Source: Octopus vulgaris
Lineage: Eukaryota
Assembly (NCBI GenBank): GCA_951406725.2
Contig: OX597816.1
Location: 161,076,001-161,140,000 of the forward strand
Direction of reading: 5' to 3'
DNA length: 64,000 nucleotides
Part shown: piece after piece, positions 26,440 to 40,084 of the stretch
Layout: every line of letters begins with the position of its first letter
Position numbering within the stretch: the first letter of the stretch is position 1
Made by a program: the position numbers and the translations under genes
The notes under the pieces: generated by a model
Told to the model about the DNA's origin: nothing
The model's input: only the letters and a program-made list of their open reading frames with translations
Database searches by the model: none

Positions 26440-26445
<6 letters not shown>
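26070..26445 (+). mobile_element. PLE 3' end / terminal repeat
   Basis: Decayed FIECI*ISI*KARPICN resembles the GIY-YIG C-terminal E...I....P..N. It is followed by an HHR and ends in (TA)n. Confidence 0.6.
26167..26239 (+). ncRNA. Type I hammerhead ribozyme
   Basis: UAGCC-GA-UAA-CUGAAGA-GAUG..CAUC-C-GAAA-CUCGGA-GUU-UUA-CCAU-GGCUA: bulged stem I, quasi-palindromic stem III. Confidence 0.8.
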
Positions 26446-26494
<49 letters not shown>

Positions 26495-26499
26495 CCACA

Positions 26500-27079
26500 C
26501 ACACACATGAAGGAAGTAAATAGACACCTTTAATTTTCGAAATCTTTTGTTTGATATTAATTGGTTAAAGAAGAGGGGTTTTCTTCTAGGTGCTCGTCCA
26601 TAATACCCAAGCTTATGCAAATATGTAACACACATTCTTGGACTAACTTCTAGCTGTTTTGCAATGTCAGAAGCCTTCGAACGGGGTTCATTTTCCACAT
26701 TTCTTTTCAAACTGCGAAGCTTCCTTTCCGAGGGCCCAGGTTGGCCGGGACGAGAATCTGTCGATTCTTTTCCTTGGCTTTTGAATTGTACTATAATTCT
26801 ATTAACAGTAGGAAGAGGAGTTTGAAGATTTTCGGCAATTTTTCGCTGGCTATGACTAGCCTCAGATTGCTCAACAATATGACCTCTTTGAAAATCTGAC
26901 AGTTCTGCTGAATTTTTTGTGTGTGGCATGGTTGCTCTTCACAAACATTTAATATAATGGCACCTGGAATGAAAAAGAATAATTACATTGTAAATTCTAC
27001 ACCGCTGAAAACATATCAAGGCGCTTAGATCAGAAATTTTGAAAATTAAAGGTGTCTATTTACTTCCTGCATGTCTGTG
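26500..27079 (-). mobile_element. Tc1 deletion derivative: both TIRs plus uninterrupted DNA-binding half of the transposase
   Basis: ~45-bp TIRs CACA.ACATG.AGGAAGTAAATAGACACCTTTAATTTTC. ORF from 26929 [47 protein letters not shown]. No DDE domain. Confidence 0.9.
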
Positions 27080-27480
27080 TATATATGTATATATTTTCAT
27101 GGTGATGCTTCTGATATGACTGGTGCTGTTGTTGCTGTTAAGCAACAAGACGGATAAGGGTGACTAGGTGATGGTCTAGGGCTTAGGGGCAGGAGACCCC
27201 AGACCTTGGGAAAAAAGAAAAACTTTGGTCGTCTTGTTGTGGTCGAGGGCTCTTCATTGACGTCCGACACCACTGGGAGGTGGCCCTCGAAGTCGCTGGA
27301 AATAGAGATCTCCAGGTCTAAATTCTTGAATGGCTGTCATGACTGCAGCAACATGGTCAAAACATTTAAAAGTATAAAAAAGAATATATTTGTATATGTA
27401 CAGTCAAATGCCTATATGCAACAAACACACACACACACACAAACACTCGCTCGCACACATTTGTCTTCTGTGTGTGGATT

Positions 27481-27515
<35 letters not shown>

Positions 27516-27797
27516 GTTGCCAGCCTCGCCTGGCCCTCGTGCCGGTGGCACATAAAAAGCACCATCCGTTCGTGGCCGTTTGCCAGCTCTGTCTGGCACC
27601 AGTGCGGGTGGCACGTAAAAAGCACCCACTACACTCACGGAGTGGTTGGCGTTAGGAAGGGCATCCAGCCGTAGAAACACTGCCAGATTTGACTGGGCCT
27701 GATGAAGCCTTCTGGCTTCACAGACCCCAGTAGAACCGTCCAACCCATGCTAGCATGGAAAACGGACGCTAAACGATGATGATGATGATGATGATGA

Positions 27798-29052
<1,255 letters not shown>

Positions 29053-30139
29053 TATTTCATTATCATTTTACATTGTCTGTCGATATCCGTGATGATTGTG
29101 TACATTTACGTTTACGAGTCACACCTCGAGAAAGTAGATCAATCTCATATATGCGTCTTGAGTAAATTTGATCCAAGCGAAGTTTCATACGTATATAAAT
29201 GTACGTTTGTGTGTGTAGCAAAAGAGAGGGAGGGAGAGAGAAATAATAATAGAAAAAGTAATCATGAGACAAAGCATAGGGAAGTAATCGAAGCTCAAAT
29301 GTCCACACGTTCTGTATTGACTCAAGGCTATAAAAAGTAAAATGATATGGCTATCTATATCCCAATCGCTATCATCATCGTCATCACCATCGTCATCATC
29401 ATCATCACCATCAACATCAACACCACCACCACCTCTACTATTATCCTTTTCCTCATCATCTTCAATGATATATAAGTTAATATCATTAATATTAGGTTGT
29501 GCCCGTGTGTTAGTGTGCTGAACATGTGAACAGCAGAGAGAGGGTGGGGGGAGCAAATAAAGACAGAAAGGCAAGACAGACACACAGAGATATGTATAAC
29601 AAAGATAGGAATATGTATTAAATTACATATACAGTTTAAGTATAAGAAGACAATCAAATTACACCTGCCACACACACTGAAGTGCAGTAATTTCTGTGAT
29701 AGTAAAAATGGTAATTTCATGCTCTTTGAATATGTGTTCACATATACATGCAAGCATTTATATATTTCTGTTCACTCATACACATTAATACACACACATA
29801 CATACCTGCATAGATACACAATTGAAAACAACCAACATTATAGTCTACTAATATAATTGGCAGTGTGTCACCTCTTTCTTTCTATTTGTCAATCCCCTAT
29901 CATGCGTATCAAAAGCAATAAAGTGCTACGATGTTGTCAATATCTCGGTATTTTGCTAAAATTTGACAAGTCAATTACTAAGCTTAATATGGAACAGAAA
30001 AGTACAGTATAAGCTTAAATGTCCATGTACAAATCGTATATAATTATGCGTAAATAAATATTTACGTACAGAACATCGTGTATGAGAAAAGCTAAGATAA
30101 ATACAAAGAACTTAAACAAGATTTTTTTAGACTTTCCCT

Positions 30140-30314
30140 TTGAGGCTATAAAAAGATATGAATATATTTTGCTATGCACATTACTCATAGAAAAGTAAAG
30201 GAGATTGTCCTGGCACGCTTAACAGCATGTTGACCACTCATCAGGGAAGAAGTAAATAGCTATTTAGATCAAACACAAACTAGCACCTAGCTGTAATGAC
30301 TAGACTGTAATATA

Positions 30315-30319
<5 letters not shown>
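30140..30319 (+). repeat. 180-bp direct repeat, copy 1 (copy 2 at 32811-32990)
   Basis: Identical except GGCTATA versus GGCTCTA. Confidence 0.9.
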
Positions 30320-30355
<36 letters not shown>

Positions 30356-30444
30356 TTTAATCCAAACGGGAAACAAAAAAACAACAACAATGGAACAATT
30401 ACAGTATTATTATTAATAGGCGCTCAGGAAATGGAAGCAGGGAG

Positions 30445-30479
30445 GTATGACGTTTCGAGCGGAGCTCTTCGTCGGAAAC
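30445..30479 (-). ncRNA. Minimal type I HHR variant within (TA)n-flanked element 30352-30570
   Basis: GUUU-CCGACGA-A-GAGC(UCC)GCUC-GAAAC-GUC-AUAC. Confidence 0.7.
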
Positions 30480-30568
30480 ATAAAGAAGGAAGAGAGAGGA
30501 AAGAAAGATCCCAGAGCGGGCAACAGGGATAGAGAAAAAAAACGACTGGTGTTTACGAGTTGCACATG

Positions 30569-30638
<70 letters not shown>

Positions 30639-30693
30639 TCAATGTATGTATGTGTATGTGTGTGTATATATATATATATGAAAAATTTAAGTT

Positions 30694-31180
30694 AGTACGT
30701 TTTCCCGTAGGTTCGCGTAAACAAAGAGATGTGGGTTCGAGTCCCATGTGTACGGGAAGACCTACTTTTTCTGGCGAGGGCTTATATGCCCCATTATTAG
30801 ACTATTTTCTTTAGTCATTGCGCGGTGATCGCTATAAGTTTTAAGCTTGTAAAATATTATTATTATTATTTACAGAATTGTAAAAATCGACATTGCTTAA
30901 CAAAACCATCGCAGTAAAAGCACCTGAAAGTTTGTTTACAAAAACATCTACGAACTAATTACAGTTCTTAAATCTGACAGAAAAAAGCTGGTTGGTTCGC
31001 TGGTGTAATCAGTGGCACATTTGGTCACGTAAACAAAGAGATGTGGGTTTGAGTCCCACGCGTACGGGAAAACCTACTTTTTCTGTCGTGGCCTTATATG
31101 CCCCATTATTAGACTATTTTCTTTAATCATTGCGCGCTGTGAATGCTATAAGCTTATAAAATACTATTATTATTATTTAC
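30694..31180 (+). mobile_element. Partial tandem of a tRNA-like short element ending in (TAT)n
   Basis: Copies at 30710-30873 and 30994-31180. B box GGTTCGAGTCCC at 30734-30745. A 16-nt inverted piece precedes the first copy. Confidence 0.65.
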
Positions 31181-31849
31181 ACTGCTTAACATTTATATAC
31201 AGACAGATAGATATATTTATATATAGGCTTATCATACCAATTGATTTCACACTGGGTATTAAACAGAACTATTATATAACATCATATGCTTGTCAGAGAT
31301 GGCATGCACGGAAAAAATATGGCCATTGTGTGGTGAAAAAAATATGTCGTAAAAAAACACATCCGACTCCTGGGTGCTGTGAAAACAAAAAGACAAAACG
31401 AATTGAGCCAGGCTTAAATCAAAAGTTATGTCTCGCAGCATCAAACGGCTTCTGGAATGTTGTAAGTTTACAAGAGTTTTCCGGAAAATATGTGTTGGAA
31501 TTAGGGGTTGGTATTCGTGTAGGGTTGGAATGTATGCAAGGGTATTATATGTGTAGGTTGTTTATTGGAGTATGGTGAGTGTACTTGGCAGTTGTCTGAA
31601 CGCTTGAAGCTATATTAGGACGCATATGTGTGTATGTATTCGTTTGTGCGTGTTTTGGTTAAGCTATTTGCTAAGTTCCCAAAGTCTGATGAGGAGAGAG
31701 CTGAAATTCCACACTCCTCAAGACCCTGGAACTCCCAAATCAGAGTCCCACAACCGGATGCAGTTAAAAGTCATACACAAGACATACGCACCACACACAC
31801 AACCACACAGCTGGTTGTTGATGAATTTTTGCACTTTGTAAGGTTAGTT

Positions 31850-32393
31850 GGATCTTTTCGGTTTGACCGGCAGTTTTTTTAAATAATTTCCACATAACTA
31901 AACACTTTTAAACTTCGTATACTGGTAGAATGTGTTTATAAAACATCTCTTTCTCTTGGCTTTATTGAGAAAATTCTATAGTTTGTAAGATATCTGTTGT
32001 TGTTTTTTCTTCAATTTCTGCAATTTCAACCAATCAATTACGTCTACTGAGGTGAAAACATTCTGTGCCGTATGAATATGTCCCTCGTTTAAGAAACAGA
32101 TTGGATTATTTACATTTCTGAAGAAAAAGATACCCCTCCCCCACCCCTAACCCTAACCCTAACCAACCCTAACTCTATCCCTAACCCTAAAACAGATTGA
32201 AATGCAATAGATCGATACTAGGGTTATAATTATGGGTGAGAATTTCATTATGACACCGCTAGAAAAAAACTGCCGTTCAACCCGAAAAGATCCAAAAGAT
32301 GTTTTATAAACACATTCTACCAGTATACGAAGTTTAAAATTTTTTAGTTACCTAGAAATTATGTTAAAAACTGCCGTTCAAACCGAAAAGATC
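31850..32393. mobile_element. TIR element containing (CCCTAA)n, followed by an inverted copy of its left end
   Basis: TIR GGATCTTTTCGG.TTGA.CGGCAGTTTTT at 31850, reversed ending at 32293 and 32393. Telomere-like repeats at 32144-32190. Confidence 0.8.
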
Positions 32394-32399
32394 TAATAA

Positions 32400-33300
32400 A
32401 GATATTATTATTAATAAATAATAATAATATAAGTGGTTAGCAAGCATAAAAACCCCAAAGGTAGATCTATAAATTTATAATTATAATTATAATTAGGGTA
32501 CCAGATAGTACCAGCTTTGCTAGAAATAAGAGTCGAAAAAATCTCGAATAAGCTACAATATCACTGAAAATTTAACAGGCTGATGAAATCGAAGAGCGAG
32601 TAAACAGCCAACCTACCATTGCGAGGGCAAGATGTAAATGAATTTGCAGATATACTCATTTCATATGATTTCGAACTCTTCGTCAGTGGCTCTCGCTGCT
32701 TGGGGTTAAACTAATACCTGCTTCGTCATGCTTGTTAAAATCGTTGAAAGTCTAGTGCCAAATTCAAACGACAGAAGTGTATAATTATACATAAATAAAT
32801 ATATTATTATTTGAGGCTCTAAAAAGATATGAATATATTTTGCTATGCACATTACTCATAGAAAAGTAAAGGAGATTGTCCTGGCACGCTTAACAGCATG
32901 TTGACCACTCATCAGGGAAGAAGTAAATAGCTATTTAGATCAAACACAAACTAGCACCTAGCTGTAATGACTAGACTGTAATATATGTGTAATATAACTC
33001 GCTCTGAGATTTATCATTATATTATTATTAATAAACAATAATAATATAAGTGGCTAGCAAGCATAAAAACCAAAAAGGTAAATTTATAAATTTATAATTG
33101 TAATTAAGGGTACCAGATAGTACCAGATTTGCTAGAAATGAGAGTCGAAAAATACTCAATAATAAACCGCAGTACCACTGAAAATTCAACAAGCTGACAA
33201 AATCGAAAAGTGAGAGCTTGTTGAATTTTCAGTTATATTATGGTTTATTTGAGTATTTTTCGACTCTTATATTTAGCAACGCTGGTACTATCAGGTTTAC
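32400..33300 (-). mobile_element. PLE-like direct-plus-inverted terminal repeat arrangement
   Basis: 32400-32600 is repeated, diverged, at 33010-33215, then partly inverted at 33215-33295. Ends in (TAT)n on the minus strand. Confidence 0.55.
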
Positions 33301-33560
33301 TATTAATACCGAAACAGTTCTATGTGTTTCTTGTGGTTTAATTTTAAAGTTAGTGTTTAACCCTACTCATATTTAGATTGAATACTGTTCTACATAGGGT
33401 AAATGTGTTTGGAAGGTTTTTTTTTTGTTTGTATGTTTGTTCCCCGGTGGATTGAATGGTACTGCCAAGTGTTGAAACCATAATGATATCGGTGGGGCAG
33501 CTGATGATGGAGGTATGCTGGATTGTTGTTATAACACATCCCTTTGATATATATATATAC

Positions 33561-33615
<55 letters not shown>

Positions 33616-34842
33616 CATATATATCAAGTTGAGAAAATGCAGAATAAATATGTACAGACGTATACACATACATATATACACACGCACATACATACATACA
33701 TACACACATGCATATATATATACATACATATATATCAAGTTGAGAAAATGCAGAATAAATATGTACAGACGTATACACATACATATATACACACGCACAT
33801 ACATACATACATACATACACACATGCATACATACATACATACATGCATGCATACATACTTGTGTATGTGTACACACACTGACCCACAAACATGAGCACAA
33901 ACAATCAAAAAGAACGCAGCTCGGATAACGGACAGTCAATGACTATTGAAAAAGGTTGAAAGACGCAATAAAAATTTCAGGAAAAACAAATAAATAAATG
34001 AGTGGAAACTCTACCGGTGAGTGTGTTAAATAATCAGTCACTAAAAGAGAATGGCCCTCCACAAACAGAACAAAATATGCATCAACACACGAGCTCACAT
34101 AAAGAACCTTGGAAACCAAATCGCAAAACAATATATATATATATATATCGTCCCTGTTGCGTTTACATTCGTTCCTTTTTCCAAGAAATCTAATGCTCAC
34201 AGCTTAGTTTTTCCTTGGGGCTGGCCGCGTTGGAGCAAATATCAGAATTTATCAGCTGAAATTTGCTATGATGATCCGGTTTCTGACTGAAGATTAAAGG
34301 CTTCGAATGACCCGTCTGTTTTCTGTGTTCGTCCCTTTGTGTATTTCACGCTCTTGTTTCTTTATATATAATTTTTATTCCTATATATATATATATAACT
34401 TTTATTAAATGATGAAGAGGAACCTGTGTTTCAAAAACTTTTACGAACGCCAGACTGAATGCGTTTGGATATTTACTACATATCTCACTAATTATTTTTG
34501 CTTAATATAGGAAGTGGCTGTATCTAAATTTGAAGTTTCTGTATTGCTCCCCACCCCCTTTTCATGTATCTCAATTTCCCATCATGGAGTGGAACCTTCT
34601 TGCAAAGCACTGAACTAAATCCCTTAGATGTTAATGATTAACTATAAAATTAAACATTTATAAACTGTGGATTTTCCACAAGCACTCATTAATATACACT
34701 CATTAATATGCACTCATTGGTATGCTCACATACATACATGCTTCTACGTACATACATACCTATGTACAGAGTACTACACGCGTGCACACAAATATACATA
34801 CATGCACACACACACATAATTACACAAATAGATTAATACATG

Positions 34843-34901
<59 letters not shown>

Positions 34902-35705
34902 ACTCACACACAGAGTCCGACCCATGCCAGTATGGAACATGGGTATTAATTGATGTTGATGATGACAGTGGTGGTGATGATGATGATGATGATGATGATT
35001 ATGATGATGATAATACTAGTGAATGAGTGTGTGTTTGTGTTCACCAATACATTGCTTTACGTTTCACCTGTGAACAAAACCTCATTGTAATGAAACTTAA
35101 TATTGCAACATTTTAACAGCCAAAAGTCACGAATTCAGTACTATATTCATTGCTTGGCCATCTCCAAAATTTTCTGCTTAAATATAAACAAGAAACCATC
35201 TCATTGCTTTGTAAGTTCACACAAAAGAAAACAGTCAGTCACACTTAGTTTGCTTTTGCAGACGTAGCATATTCTAGAGTGCATGTGTTACATGGTCTCA
35301 CTTGCGTATCAATTTCATAATGTCTTTAGTACTTTAGCACCGTCGTGTTTACATAGGCGTCAGAAAATGTCACTGAATATCAGACTAAAAATTATGGAAA
35401 GAGTAGAGGGAAGGGGAAAGAAAAGTGTTGCTACGGATTGAACTGTTATCTTTAAAATAAAACAAAATGTGACGTAATCGTGGCTCTGTGGTTAGGAAGC
35501 TTGCTTCGCAGCAACGCAGTTCAGGTTCAGTCCCACTGTAAAGCATTTCGAACAATTGTTTTCAACTAAAGTCTCGGTCCGACCATTGCCTTGTGAACGG
35601 ATTTCATTGATTGAAACTGTGCCAGCCTGTCGGGTCAAAATGTAACCACATGTGAATCGTTGGCGATTTTCTTCCTCCGTCTTCCCTTCTTTTGGACTTT
35701 AATCT

Positions 35706-35741
35706 GTTTCCGAAGAAGAACGTCTGCTCGAAACGTTAAAC
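35706..35741 (+). ncRNA. Minimal type I HHR variant within element 35655-35840
   Basis: GUUU-CCGAAGA-AGAACGUCUGCUC-GAAAC-GUU-AAAC with perfect stem I. The element tail CCACGTCCTCGCGTTGT..GGATT.ACTATATA recurs at 41425-41490. Confidence 0.7.
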
Positions 35742-35834
35742 CATCTTTCTTTCCTTTCCTAAGAGTCTGCTAATACATTACATGTACCACGTCCTCGCGT
35801 TGTAGTTTCTTTTGTGCTTGTTCTTTTTGGGATT

Positions 35835-35877
<43 letters not shown>

Positions 35878-35897
35878 CACACACATACACACGCGCG

Positions 35898-35935
<38 letters not shown>

Positions 35936-36116
35936 GTATGGAGGTTTAGTTCACAGGTGATCTAAACGATTAGGTATGCTAAGTAAGTGCTGTAACAGAT
36001 TACTGGGGCTCCAAGGTTATAGCTGAGACCGTAGTTATGGAGCCATTCCACATTTCCGATGCAGCAGGTATATAATTGTTAAACAGGACGTCAAATATTA
36101 AGGCAAGGCAAATAAG

Positions 36117-37280
36117 TCATATATTACCGTAATATAGATCACGCGGGTCTCCCCCCAATGTTCCTAATCTCCGCAGTAGTGGCTCGAGAGCCAGCACATA
36201 CAGGAGCAGGGACAAGGGGCAGCCCTGGTGAACTGAACGTTCAATAGCGAATGAGCTCAAGAAGAACCCATTCATCCGGACGACAGATTCGATGTTACAA
36301 TATAAAGCTTGGATCCAGCCTCGGAAAGTCGGGCCCAATCCGACCGCCCGGAGGACCACCGCCAGATACCGATGGTCGACCCTATCGAATGCCTTAGACT
36401 GGTCTAAATTCACCAGTGCCCCACCTATGTCAGGAACTTTCCCATCCTTTCTATGGTGTAGCGTATGAGATGAAGGTTGTCGAATATCGTCCTTCCTGGG
36501 ATGGTGCATGTCTTCGCCTCTCCCATCAGGTCGCCCACGATAGTTCTCATTCTCTTGGCCAACACCTTGTCCAAAATCTTTCACTCTGTGTTTAGCAGAT
36601 TTATGGTCCTGAAATTTCTTACTTTATCCCCCTTACTCGGGTCTTTCCTGATCAGTGTCACAACTCCTCGGCTCACAGATTTGGGAATTCTCCCATTCTG
36701 CTGCCAATTCGTGTAAACACTGGCCAGTATGTTCCCGAACAAGTCTGGCATACTCTTATAAAATTCGTATGGTAGACCATTCAATCTCGGCGACTTGTCC
36801 TCAGGGCATTCGGAAAGCACCTCTATAACCTCCTTAGCCGTGATCGGCCCTTCACAGCGCTCAGCGTCGCGCGCCGAAAGATACGGGCCACCGGCCAGGA
36901 AATCCGGTAAGGAATCCCCATGGTCCAACACCCTGCCCCTCCCGAACAACGTAGCAAAGTGCTCGGGAAAGGCCTTGCACATCTCTTCCTGTCCTTCGAT
37001 CTTCTGTCCTTGTTCGTTAACCACAGACCTAATCGTGACATCTACACCACGTTTGGTTTCTACCAAGCGAACCCACCCGGCAACGTTGATACCCTCGTAA
37101 CCCAGTGCATGTACTTTAGCTCGAACGCTGCATCCTTCGTGTTTGGCATTGAGGTGTCGCTCCAAGGCCGATCTCGCCGCCAAAACTTGGGGTGCAGAGC
37201 AGAGCCCATTCTCAGCGCCTCTTCTAACGCCTTGACTAAATTCCTTTCTACTCTAGTCTGCTCTAAACTTAGCTACTTGC
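36117..37280 (-). pseudogene. Tx1/L1-like LINE ORF2 fragment (RT N-terminal half)
   Basis: DKSPRLNGLPYEFYK, NFRTINLLNTE, LVNLDQSKAFDRVDH, VHQGCPLSLLLYVLALEPL; frameshifted. Confidence 0.9.
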
Positions 37281-37284
37281 TAAA

Positions 37285-37385
37285 TATTCGGAATTTTCTG
37301 CTCCGTCTAAGGGACATTATAAAAAGTGGTAAATATCCACCGAATCTAGTTTTCAATGTCGACAAATGTGGGGTATTTTGGACGT
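37285..37385 (+). pseudogene. pogo/Tigger transposase fragment (first catalytic Asp region)
   Basis: FLLRLRDIIKSGKYPPNLVFNVDKCGVFW matches the Tigger GY...QVFN.DETGLFW motif. Confidence 0.75.
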
Positions 37386-37667
37386 TTTACTGCAACGTGG
37401 TTTTCGATCAGTCCCACTGTTCGGCACCATGGGTAAATGTCTTCTGCTACAGCCCCTAGCCAACTAAAGTCTCGTGAGTGAAACTGGTAGACGAAAATTA
37501 TTGGAAGTCCATCGTGTGTGTGTGTGAGAGAGAGAGATAGGGAGAGAGAGAGAGAGAGACAGGCAGACAGACAGACTATGTCTTATAGACTACCCCTTGT
37601 TGTTAAACGATGGATGAGGGTTCTGCAATTTCTTACCGAACAATCTGCACAGATGCCTTGCATATAT

Positions 37668-38178
37668 TGTAACGTACCACCTGCCGTCGCTCAAACTCTT
37701 CGGAAAACCCGGGACCCTACCAAGTCGAGCGACGACGATTGACCGGCTCGATCGAACGGGGAATTCGCCACGGAAAGAGAGAATTCGGTGGGGGAGAATG
37801 GCAGCGAACCCGGCAACCGACGACCAGAGAGAACAACAACAACAACAACAGCATGAAGAGATACAGAGAGAGACGGCGGAAGGCAATCGGCTTACATTAA
37901 CAACAGTTTATGACAATCATTACAATATCAGATACAATGTAAAATACATCAGATACACCAAAGAAAATACAAGCAACAGAATCAACAGCATGCATATACA
38001 ATACAGTCCAGAGACAACAGTTCAAATCAGTTCAATCAAATAATGTTCACGATACAGTTCAATGTTCAAATCACATTAAAGTCTTTCTCTTTTTCCTCTT
38101 TCCTTCTTTCTCTTTTCCGCAATTCACAGTTCTTTCCCCCTTTTTTTTAACACATCAATTCTTTCTTTTACATTTCAC
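37668..38178. mobile_element. Possible solo LTR
   Basis: Begins TGTAACG, GC-rich then pyrimidine-rich, plausible CA end. No TSD confirmed. Confidence 0.3.
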
Positions 38179-38581
38179 ATCTTTACTACCCACAAGGGGC
38201 TAAACACAGAGAGGACGAACAAGGACAGACAAATGGATTAAGTCGATTATATCGACCCCAGTGCGTAACTGGTCCTTAATTTATCGACCCCAAAAGGATG
38301 AAAGGCAAAGTCGACCTCGGGGGAATTTGAACTCAGAACGTAACGGCAGACGAAATATCTATTTCTTTACTACCCACAAGGGGCTAAACACAGAGAGGAC
38401 AAACAAACGGATTAAGTCGATTATATCGACTCCAGTGCGTAACTGGTACTTTATTTATCGACCCCGAAAGGATGAAAGGCAAAGTCGACCTTGGCGGAAT
38501 TTGAACTCAGAACATAGCGGCAGACGAAATACCGCTAAGCATTTTATCCGGCGTGCTAAAGATTCTGCCAGCTCGCCGCCT

Positions 38582-39050
38582 TTCAACGAGACAAATATTG
38601 TCTCAGGTTTGCTGGTCGGTGCAAATATTATTGGTGACGTGAAACTTAAGTCATTGCTTGTTTTTCATTTGGTTCTCCAAGAGCAATGAAAGACATCTCC
38701 AAGCGTAATCTGCCTTTCATATGGAAACCTAGCAGAAAAAAAAAACTTGATTACGCCGGCTTTGTTTACCGAATTATTTGTGGAACTTTTCTGCCTTGCT
38801 GTCAAAAGTTACTGTGAGAAAAATAATTTCGATCCCAAGGCATTTCTACTTTTGTAAAAACGCCCCTGGTCGTCTTTCCAATCACGATTCATTGCAAACG
38901 AGCGTACCTGGTGAACTAGATTACGTCTCTGTAAACACAATTTCACTATTTACTACGTCAGCATATTATCTTAGAAGATCTTGAAGTTGATTACAGCAAC
39001 GGTGATAAACATCAGGCCATCAAAGAGTTCAGGAAAATTACATTATGCAA
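38582..39050 (+). pseudogene. pogo/Tigger DDE fragment, paralog of 11687-12155
   Basis: Colinear and highly similar, with the same SINE-B junction. Confidence 0.85.
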
Positions 39051-39894
39051 ATGAATAAAGAAAGAAAGAAAGAAATCTTAAAGATGTTTGGAAATGAAGT
39101 TAAGCAGAAGAGTGGATGTGTAGTAAGAGGTTTGCTTCCCAACTGCATGATTCCGAGTTCAGTCCCACTGCGGGGCAGCTTGAGCACCTGATTGGTATTA
39201 TAGCTTTAGGCCAACCAAACGTTTGTGGGTGAATTTGAAGGACGGAAGCCAAATGTGTGTGTGTGTGTGTGTGTGTGGTGTTTGTCGCCCACCACTACCT
39301 GACGAACAGACTTGGTCTGTTTACCTCCCCGTAACTTAGCAGTATGGCAAAAGGGAAACCAATAGTATAAGTACCAGACTTAGAAATATGTACTGGGGTC
39401 GGTTTTTTTTTACGACTAAACCCTTCAAGGCCCAGTATGGCAGCAGTTCAATGACTGCGACAACTAAAAGGAATAAGGAAGATAAAAGTTTTAATATAAT
39501 TTTTTAAACAATCTAATCGGACCACTGGTAACATTTACGGTTTCATTTTTTTAAAACTTTACACGAAAGAAACCACGTATAATTTTTTGATAATACATAT
39601 GATTTATATACATATAATCTTTGAAAATACAAATTTGTTCAAAATTGTTTATACAAATTTGTTCATATAGTTACTTTTTCTTTGAAATATATATAATTTT
39701 GTTCAAAAGGTTTTTCATGTATGTATGAAAAGACTGTGTAGACATACTGTCTTTTAAAGATGTATTTCTTAAAAATAAGTAAAAGAACTTGTCTGCATAA
39801 TTATTTTATCTTCCTTAAATACAGATGCTTCAGATCGTAATTTTTGTTTTTAAATTTGAGTTAATTTCTTTAATAAAGATATTGATGTGTGTGT

Positions 39895-39945
<51 letters not shown>

Positions 39946-40084
39946 CATACGTTTGTGTGTGTGTTATCCGAAAAGTAAAGTGTGGGTAGATGTGGTGTTT
40001 TACACCTTTTACTATAAAGGAGACCCCCCCCCCTACACACACATATACACACTAACTGCAGTGAATTTACCTTTAGAAGTTGAA

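Noticed and set aside
30205-30250. CTGATGAG on the minus strand in the 180-bp repeat (similar isolated motif at 23639, plus strand)
   Set aside because: No correctly placed GAAA or stem I partner.
31682-31720. CTGATGAG..CTGAAA hammerhead-like motif
   Set aside because: Stem II is only 2 bp and there is no stem III or NUH triplet.
32655-32695. CTGACGA..GAAA on the minus strand
   Set aside because: Stems I and II could not be closed convincingly, so it was not counted as an HHR.
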